Assembly (NCBI RefSeq): GCF_009914755.1
Contig: NC_060934.1
Source of the DNA: the human T2T-CHM13v2.0 reference genome, Homo sapiens
Length of the DNA stretch: 64,000 nucleotides
Strand: one strand, 5' to 3'
Translations under genes and position numbers: made by a program
Shown here: positions 55,211 through 64,000 of the stretch, one piece after another
How positions within the stretch are numbered: position 1 is the stretch's first letter
How the letters are laid out: the number at the start of each line of letters is the position of its first letter
Notes under the pieces: model-generated
Databases searched by the model: none
Seen by the model: only the letters and a program-made list of their open reading frames with translations
Told to the model about the DNA's origin: nothing

Positions 55211-56800
55211 CTGCCCTGAGCTAAAATTCCATAGTCTCCCACTGTTCCTTCCAAGCCCCAGTAGATTCAAAAAAAACGAAACACACATCTCAATTTGTTG
55301 TCTGCCTTTGGTCATTTTCTAGAATCATTCTGAAATGATTATTTTTGACCATTTTATCTAGTCTTATGTTGCTTTTTTGGAGAGAAGATTGCTGTCGTTT
55401 TTTTTATCTATCCCATCAGTGCTCAAGTCTCCATGTATTCAGGATAAATTAGAAGCATGGTGCCAGGATGGAAGAATAACGGGCAGAGCCAGCCTAGCAG
55501 CAGCCGTGTGAGTGATCGTGCTGGACCTCGCCTGGGGATGGGAAGATGCAACACAGTTCAGAGGAAGAATCAGCGGCACGCAGGCGCTCGGGTGAGATAT
55601 TGAGCAGACAATCCTTAAAGACCCACCTGTAAAATATCCGACTGGTGATTTTAAACTAGTTTTTCGCTGTGCCTTTTCTTAATCCACTGATAGGAGGACA
55701 GCGATGCCAACCAGCACTTGTGATGCAACAGACTTTATTTTCAAGTGAACAGCTCAAATCCAGCATCGTTGAAAATCTGAAGTGTTCCGTGTTCCACGTT
55801 CCCTGCCAAGTAACGGCATCGCATTAAAAAAAATCAACATTTTCAGAAAGTCTTTTTAGTTTTCTCATTAGGACAAAGATTTCTGAAAAGACAGAGGCAA
55901 GCTTCTTTAGACATCACATAAAGCAAAGTACGCTCCAGGGATAACTGCAAAAATGAACTAGGGGAAACTGCAGCCAAATGAAATGCGACAAGCAACTGTC
56001 ATATTCCAAATGGTCAATCAAAAGCTGGAACAATGTGAATGCAACAGAAGTCTATTATGAGGAAAATAATGATCTCAGGACAAGGGACACTTAATGATTT
56101 GCAGATTTAAGTACAAAATAAATATCCATCCATGTCCAGTGGGTAACTTTTCCAGTTCTAACCATTTTGTGTGGCTGAGAGTATTATCTGCAATAGTGGG
56201 GGCCTTTTTAAAGTGAAAGGAGAAACAAATAATTCATCTTCATTTACATTTCAGTACAATTGCAGAATACACTCGTCTGCTAGAAATGTGAATGATACAC
56301 TGAGGATATGTTTTTTACATTCCAGAGTATCTCACTGTTTGGGCAGAATGGTTCTCTTACTGGAATTGTTCACAAAGCAACCTATTATATGGTGAGAGGT
56401 ACCCTCTGGGCACCATTGAAATTAATATGAAAGGAAAAATCAAGAATGCCAAGTGCAGTGCATAAAACGCAGGTAGGTGGTGGGAGACAGATAAGCAGCC
56501 TAGGAGGTTTAAGTTGCAGAATCTGAAGCTGCAGAAAGATGTGTTATACAATTTACATTACAACCAGTCACGATTTTAGAATGGGTAATGAAAAGCTCAT
56601 ATAGTTAAGCATTGAGTCCATAAAAAAACACAAAAAGCTTTGCAGCACAAGGGAACTAAATGATGGGTAAATAGACAAAGAAGGTAATCAGGGAGCGGGA
56701 GGAGAAGGCCAGACTTGTTTTCACAAAATTCATCTGGTTTTGGCAACTCCACCTGCACATGGCACATGGCAATGTCTCTACAGTTAAATTATTTTCCAAG

Positions 56801-57016
56801 CAGGACTTGTCAACCTTGGCACCACTGACATTTTGGGTCAGATAAGTCTTTGTGGTGCACCTGTCCTGTGCGTGGTAGGATTTTCAGCAGCATCCCTGGC
56901 CTCCACCCTCTGGACTCCAGTAGCACATCCTCCCTCCGTTGTGACAACCAAAAAGGTCTCTAGACATTGCCAAATGTCTCCTGGAAAGCAAAATTGCCCC
57001 CGGTCGAGAACCATTA
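56801..57016 (-). mobile_element. MER20 (hAT-Charlie)
   Basis: caaccttggcaccactgacattttggg...tctagacattgccaaatgtc...gagaaccat. Confidence 0.92.
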
Positions 57017-57619
57017 CCTTAAAGGAAAGCAACAATAGAAACAACTCCAGTGAATTATTTCCCTTTGTGATCATATGCACTTTCCCCTTTAAAGAGCAGT
57101 AATTATAATAAAATGTTAATTTTGGCCCAAAAGTCCTATTGCACCTTAAATTAATCTGGAGGTAAACAATCAATTTACATGAGTTCCAGAAAATATTTTT
57201 GCTGATTTCTACCCCAATCTGTCTTAAAACAACTGGGAAAGTGTTTGGTCTTCTATCCATTCATATAGTGAGCAATGCTTTGTCACAAAATAAAACCATA
57301 TCCAGGCCCTCCCAAGATATGGTGGCAGAATAGTAATTCAACAGTTTCTTCACTTGAAGACATGTAAAAAGAAAGCCAGGTATATTTTCTAAATGAGAGA
57401 GAGAGAGAAAAAGAGAGAGAGAGAGAGAGTCACATTTATACTTCCTATGAGCCATTGAAGCAGCAGGGATGGGCTCATGGTCACTAGTTGTCAGAGGTAT
57501 GGAGGAGCCATTTTGATTCCTCCCCAGTAAGTTACTCTTTCCAATTACATGCCAGCTGTGTGGTTATTGCTGTAAGTTAAACTAGTTTCTGCTGTGTTTT
57601 TTCCCAACCTTGAAATAGA

Positions 57620-57750
57620 ATTCTACTGTCAACTCCATGAGGGCAGGGATAGTGTCTTATCTGCCTGTTCACCTCTGTATCTGTAATACCTAGCCTGGTT
57701 CCTGGTCTATAGCAATCACCCAACACATGCTTCTTGAATGAATGAATGAG
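57620..57750 (+). mobile_element. L2 3' end
   Basis: actccatgagggcaggga...tgttcacctctgtatc...ttgaatgaatgaatga. Confidence 0.8.
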
Positions 57751-59374
57751 GACAGAAATGCCCATTTACAAGCAAATAGGTTAGAATATCAGTTCCTTAA
57801 CAACAGATCCTTTTCTTATTTCTGTGCCACAAACAGCTCTGTGGTTGGTGCATATTGGGGGTTAAATAGATGTTTGAGGAACTCACCTCGAAATGTGAGG
57901 TCTCCACCTATGTTGTCTGGACAGCAAAGCCCATCTGGTTGAGTCTGGGGCAGATGTGCTTCTGGGGTCCTTTGTTCTAACGTGTAGAGCATGGTCTGGT
58001 GACCACACTCACTCTTTGGGCTGTCTCCTTGCATAACAGAGAGACAATAAATATTCCACCATGAAGACCCAAATTAAGACCACTTGTGCAGAAAGATGCC
58101 AATACATGCTTTGCGAAAAGACATTGTCACCTTATCTGACAGGTGAGGATGCAGATTTTGTCTCTCAGCATCGAGGTCCTGTTACTAGAGAATGTCTGAA
58201 GTGCCACAACGGCCACCCATATGCAAGGCGTGGCATTATTGGCCATGTTGCAGTCTAGGCAAAGGCTGCAATGAAATCATCTGAGGCATCACGGAGTTAT
58301 CCTCATCTTAAATGGCATTATCTCTCCAATTGAAACTCGAACAACTCATCTAAAATGAAAAATCAAAAATATGCCAAGAAGCAGAGCTGGAGGAATGATG
58401 ATGTGGCTCTTTGGGGAGGCGCTGAGGTTCTCTCTAAGAACAGAGGGCCCGGTGAGTGGCACGCTGGGATCTGCATTCAGCTGCCGGAATGACAGTGCCC
58501 AGAAGCTACTATGAATGGTAATGACAGGCAATAAAATACCCCTTTAAAAATCCAGCAAAAGATAAAGTCGGTAGATTGTAACAATGCTGCAAACACCAAC
58601 CGTTAGCAGACTAGCACAGACACAGCAAGAAAACACAACTAAAAATTATTCAATCAGACCAAATGCTTGCAGGGAAACTAGGCCAAGAAAGCAATCAAAA
58701 TCAAATAGAAGCAAGGTGTGTTTATATAATTCAGCAGTTCCAAAAATTGAGAAATGCATTGCAAAGATATTTCAAGGGTTTCCAGTCTTCGTTTAAGGGG
58801 AAAAAATTAATGAAACCTTCATTAACATGAAGAAAGAATAACACAATTCTCTATTCCCTCCCTTAATCCAACCAGTGTTACTAGGAGATGTCATATTTCC
58901 TGTGAGAATTCCAGGACGCGATCATAAAATACAACACACATTTATACAATTTATGCTAAGTTTGGTTATACGGCGTATGTGGCAGACCTCTTGAATTAAT
59001 TGCATTAAATGTTTTCAGTTATAGAAAGAAGATTCATGACTCACAGAGGCCATAAATGAAGCATGGCATACAGGTAGTAATTACCTTGAATTGCATTCTT
59101 GAGTCTTTGAAGATAAATTAACCAACAATGAGAATTTGATAGCTAATGCTGCAATTAGTTACAGGTAGAGTGCAGTGACCTATATAACTTACTATTTTTA
59201 AAAATCTAAAATTTACACAGGTTAATAGCATAAAAGATTCTTCACTGTTACTCATGGCAGAAATGCAGTTCTATAAAGGCACTACAGTGGCCTTCTTATA
59301 ATAATTGCTTAACTCTTCGTAAAGAGGTAGAATTACTCATGGTAATTCTTTGGCTATGAATAGGAAAGGCTGAG

Positions 59375-59522
59375 ATTAAGCTAGCTTTCACTGAGCGGTG
59401 CTATGTTCCACGCACCTGGACAAATGACACCTCATTCAGCAGTTCAAGAAATTGAGAAATGCATTGCAAATCCCTTGGTTCTATGTGGTTAGATACCCTC
59501 CCACTCCACAAATAAGGGAATG
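59375..59522 (-). mobile_element. Degenerate MIR carrying a 37-bp local copy
   Basis: tttcactgagcggtgctatgttcc...cctcatt [insert] aaatccc...ctatgtggttagatac...ccactccacaaataagggaa. Confidence 0.5.
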
Positions 59523-60039
59523 GCAGGGGTGTGGAGGGAGGGAAGCAATTGTGCTGTGGCTTTCTCAAGGCCACTTGTATCTACCCTTCAGCTCACTTTC
59601 ATCACTGGGCAAAGGTTGGATTGCATGTAAATGAGATGCCTGCCAAAGCATTCCTGGTGAGTTAAGAGGTAGGGCCAGTCTACTGGATATGTGCTTTTGC
59701 TGCCAAGCATCCCTTCTTCTGGGGAACGAGCTCTCCCTCAGTCCCTAATAGTCTTGCTGGGCCCATGAGGTTTGAGTGGAGCTGACCTCTGAGCCCAGGA
59801 AGAAACATATGACCTTGGTTGGCCACTCGGAGCACAAGATGAGGCCAGGTCGATCTGAGAACCTATTCCCTGGGTTCTCAAGCTCAAAGGGAGCACACAG
59901 ACCTGAGCTACAGCAGTCACATTGTTCTATGTGGGGTACCTCTGCCTGAGAAAGACCAACACGGGAACATGGGAAATGGAGAGACACAATGATATGAACA
60001 TCATTTTAATTGTACCCTGAAGCCAACTCTATCTGAAAA

Positions 60040-61605
60040 AAAAATTTAATTAAACTCTATACACTATTCCTATTTTATGAGTTTTTCCCTAATGTCCCTT
60101 TTCTGCTCCAGGACCCCATCCAGAATACCACATTTAGTCATCAGGCATCCTTAGACCTCTCTGGGCTATGACAGTTGTTCAGACTTTCCTTGCTTTCGTT
60201 GACCTTGACAGTTTTGAAAGGTAATGGTCAGGTATTTCATCGAATGTCCCTTGATTCTGGTTTGTCTGATCGTTTTCTCGTGGTTAGACTGGGGTTATGG
60301 GTCTTGGAGAGGCAGAGCAACCACAGAGATTAAGCGCAATTCTCATCCCACATGATATCAAAGGTACAGGATTTATCATCGCTGCTGTGAATGCCCTTCA
60401 GTAACAGACCCCCAGGGACACACTATAGGTAGACAAGCTGGGTTTCTTTCTCCTTGCAGTGAGGGAGAACACACACCATGGGGAGCTGTAGGGTGTCTCA
60501 GTGGGAGGATGTTAGAAAGAAACTATTACAGGATTTTGGCTTTGGTTGGGTGATTTGGGGGTGGGTCTAAGGAAGCGGAGGTTTCTTCTAGGTTGTATGC
60601 TGTCAGAAAGCAGGGCAATTATATGATCGGGTATCTCAATAAATCTTATCTACCAGGAGGCGAAACTGGGGCAAGCTCCCCCTCCCCCACAGTCATCAAA
60701 ATGTTATTGGAAAACCGATACCAAAATAGGAGATCACTGCTCTGTACCTTACAGAATCAAACATAATTACATCATCTTGTTAGATTCACTAGAATTACTG
60801 AACTGATAAGGTTTTCTGCAACAAAAACAAAGTCAGGAAGTTGTGTGGGTGATTAGCGTTGCTTTCTGGTAAATGAGCATCCTTCTTTTGGTCTGCTTTT
60901 CCCCCTGCAGGCTGGCACAACCCTGTTGAACAGCCTACACAAAGAACTACTGTCTAAGGATGGATGGAAATCCTGTTAATCTTGGTGCAACCTGGACATT
61001 TTATATCCATTAAATAGGAATTTGGATTTTGAACTAGCTGCTTCTTTTTAATTTTTTTTATTATTTCTCTTCCAAGGATGGATATAGTAAAACCTCTAGC
61101 CAAAGGCATGCTGATCCTTATCTATATCAACCTACCTATATATAGATGGATATAGCTATCAAAATCTTATCTATAGGGAGGGGGAGACCAGCACAAGGAA
61201 AAAGCTAGAATTGGTAAAGAGGTAGCAGTCACTTATTTTGGGTGACAGACGGGGTGTTTGGTATTTTCTGGGTGGCATAATGACCTTGTTGTTGTCTGCG
61301 CTTAGACAAAATTATAGAGTAGCCTTGCTTTGTCTCATTTTATCAGTCTCAGAATAACTTTGAGTTTGGTATTCTATGAGACCGTGTATAATTGGAAAAT
61401 TGTGTGATCTATCTGAGAGCCAGACCAGCTTTGGAATGTCAGTTTTTTCTGTCTCAATGCTAACCCTGATCACCTTTCTTTGCCAAATTCTTTCACCATA
61501 GAGGTACTTTTCTGTCTCTTTCTATTCTCTAGCCTTTGGAAGAAAGTGATAAAGTGTAGCTGACGTTTAAGGGGTGGGGAGTTATGCTCTACCTCCTTGA
61601 GGGGT
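60040..61605 (-). mobile_element. L1MB/MC-class 3' UTR split by an LTR (pieces 60040-60385 and 61457-61605)
   Basis: ccaggaccccatccagaataccaca...ggttagactggggttatggg...; resumes atgctaaccctgatcacc...ggggagttatgctctacctcc. Confidence 0.8.
60386..61456 (-). mobile_element. ERV1 LTR (MER67-like) with an internal ~485-bp foreign insert
   Basis: TG...CA ends; ttgcagtgagggagaacacacaccatgggg, gggtatctcaataaatcttatcta, cttagacaaaattat; 4-bp TSD ctgc / atgc. Confidence 0.7.
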
Positions 61606-62349
61606 TAGCCCTGAAATTGCAAATCTCTTTTTTGCTTAGGCTGGTTTGAGTTGGGGTTTGGGGAACCCCAAACAGTTCTGATGCCTGCTCTCAGGCCTCA
61701 GTGTCCCCCTTGCTGGAGTCTGCCTTTGTCAGGGCCTGGCCTCCTATCTGGAATTCTGGTTCCTGCAGGCCAGACCCTTCTCTCTGGATCTGTCTCTGCT
61801 AAGATATTGTGAGATCCAGCCTCATTATGGGGAGCACCTGGACTGGCTTTTCCTCCTCCCTCTGGTCACCTGGCTCTGTCCTCTGTTACCTGGAGTGACT
61901 TCCCGCCCTGCACTTTTCCCCTAGCTCCAGGTGAGTGGGGCCCCAGAGGTAGGGCTTCCACTGGGAAGGGTCAGTCCCATGACTACGCTGTTGAATGAAT
62001 GACCTCAGGATGCATCCTCTTGAAAGCACAGAGACCTGGGACAGAAATGAAAGCAGGGTGGACTCAGGGTCGGAGAGGTGGGAACACCTCAGTGGCCATT
62101 TTTGTGCCTGGCTTCCATGAAGATGCAAGTGGATTTCCAAACTCCAGAAAACGAGTGGTACCTTGTAAGCCATCACTCTCCTCCTTCATGAATCAAGCCA
62201 ACTCCCACTTCTATCTCTCCAAGTGTTCTTGAGCCTCAGGGCACCAGGGGGAGGTTCAAATGGCTGCTGCTCGGGCAGACTGCAAGGTGTCCCCTCTTTC
62301 GGCCTCAAGCCAGACAGATGTCAGCTGAAGTGGATGAAAGGTGGCTGGT

Positions 62350-62490
62350 GTCATGGTTAGGAATATGTGTGAAGTCCCTCAGACCAAGGTCTGAGTCCTG
62401 CCTTTACCAATGGTGAGTGTGGACTGTGCACGTTACTTAACCTTGCCAATATCCAAAGTCCTCATCTGTAAAACGGAGATAAAATTAGAA
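62350..62490 (+). mobile_element. MIR
   Basis: gttacttaacctt...cctcatctgtaaaacggagataa. Confidence 0.65.
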
Positions 62491-63689
62491 TGAAACATCT
62501 AAAATTATTATTCTTCAACTATTTTAAATGACAAAAGCATCAATGTCATGTATCAGCCTAACTAGTAGCCTCCACCCCATGGACCTGCTGTTGAGAAGAT
62601 GAGGAGAGAGGCTGGTGCTGGTATCCATTTGTCCATGCCAAGCCCTTAAGACGCATTAGCCACTGGGGCAGCTGTGCTTATTTTAGTTCCGCTTATTAAT
62701 GAAAAATTTATTATAAAATCACCAAGGAGATTTCTTTAAAAACAGATGAAGGAAGATGACATGTCCAGACCAATGAATTGGATTCTCAGTTTTTTTCCAG
62801 TTATCGTGCTGTAGGGGAGTGTCCTGTATCAATGAAGAACCTGTTGGGGGTCCATCCTACGTATCAACTAAGAACCAAACATGCTTCTGGGATGCTAAGG
62901 TCTCCACCACACTCCAGGCAAGGACTAAGTCTGAAAATTTGGCCTGAACAGAAAATCAAGTACTACTCAATGTGTCTGTCTAGGAACAATAAAATACCAT
63001 ACTAATGGGAGAAGAATATCTAGCAAACGAAGGAAGCAGCAGCATTCTGGCTCCGAGCTGGGATGATCTAAAGAAAACAGGTTGCTCTTTAAAAAAAAAA
63101 AAAACCCAAGGAAAAAAAATAGAAGCTTTTGTTCTGCACTAGAAAAGATAGAGTTCTTTCAACTCAGCAGTCAGTTGCTGTACACCACAAGCATCCTTCT
63201 GTGTAGGAAAATCAATAAAGACAATAAATAAATGGCAATCCCATTGAGGGCTGCTTACTAAGTGATTAAATGTTTCAAACCCCAAATACTTGCATGCTTC
63301 AGGGATACAAATCTGAATGAACATATGTAAATGGAATTAATGCTCAAATAATTTTCTAGTTACTTAGCACAAATGTGCAATTATTAATACTGCCATAATT
63401 TATGTTTGAATATTTATCCTCGTTTTCCTAAGCATAAAACCTTTAATCTACTTTTCTGACATAATTTGAAAATAGACGTGGGAATCTTTTTAATCACCGT
63501 AGGCTTTTTGTGGAGGGGGAAAGGAGACCAAAGAAAGTCTTTCGGGGACACTTGTTCTAAGGTGAGGCTGGACGATGTCAGATGTCTCTACTTCCCCCCG
63601 AGAAAGGGGAGCATACGGTCTTTCAAAATCTATGATGAAGTTGGTGCTAGGATATCAGATTTAGATTCCACTTTTTGTTACAAGGACCC

Positions 63690-64000
63690 CGTTTTAGGCT
63701 GTTCTTGCACTGCTCTGAAGAAATACCTGAAGCTGGTCATTTATAAGAAAAGAAGTTTCATTAGCTTATGGTTCTGCACCCTGTATAGGAAGCATAGTGG
63801 CATCTGCTTCTGAGGAGGCCTCAGGAGGCTTCCAATCATGGAAGAAGGCAAAAGGGAAATAGATACATCACATAGCGAGAACAGGAGCAAGAGAGAAAGA
63901 GTAGGGGCAGAGGTGCCACACAGTTTTGAATGACCCGGTTTCATGAGAACTTACTCACTATGATGAAAACATCACCAAGGGGAAGGGGCTAAACCATTCA
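63690..64000 (-). mobile_element. MST (MSTB-like) MaLR LTR, runs off window edge
   Basis: ttaggctgttcttgcactgctctgaagaaatacctga...gaggcctcaggaggcttccaatcatgg...gctaaaccattca. Confidence 0.9.

Larger units (their letters stand above)
59690..61685 (+). mobile_element. Old MLT1 (J/K/L-like) LTR split by nested insertions (pieces 59690-60033 and ~61606-61685)
   Basis: ctgcctgagaaagaccaacac...tgtaccctgaagcca; 3' piece ttttttgcttaggctggtttgagttgggg. Confidence 0.6.

Overview
This is primate (human-like) non-coding genomic DNA, either intronic or gene desert. I cannot support any protein-coding exon, RNA gene or CRISPR array; the listed ORFs are chance or repeat-derived. A large share of the window is transposon-derived: about 16 Alus, several L1 fragments (including a ~4.5 kb old L1 ORF2/3' end), many MIR and L2 relics, MaLR/ERV LTRs (MLT1, MLT2, THE1, MST, MER67-like, LTR41-like) and DNA transposons (MER1B, MER20, Tigger2a). 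Subfamily names come from my recall of consensus sequences, not from a RepeatMasker run. The most unusual signal is a set of templated-insertion scars, visible because they interrupt repeats of known sequence: (1) a 43-bp patch in an Alu copied from 1.85 kb away, (2) a 248-bp inverted copy dropped into an L2, (3) a double snap-back at the end of a THE1 LTR, (4) a 37-bp copy inside a MIR, and (5) a ~485-bp foreign fragment with patchwork junctions inside a MER67-like LTR. They resemble polymerase-theta/template-switch repair fixed in the germline. Whether their density exceeds the genome background is untested. There is also a candidate L1 3' transduction and a young 65-bp tandem duplication of an E-box.
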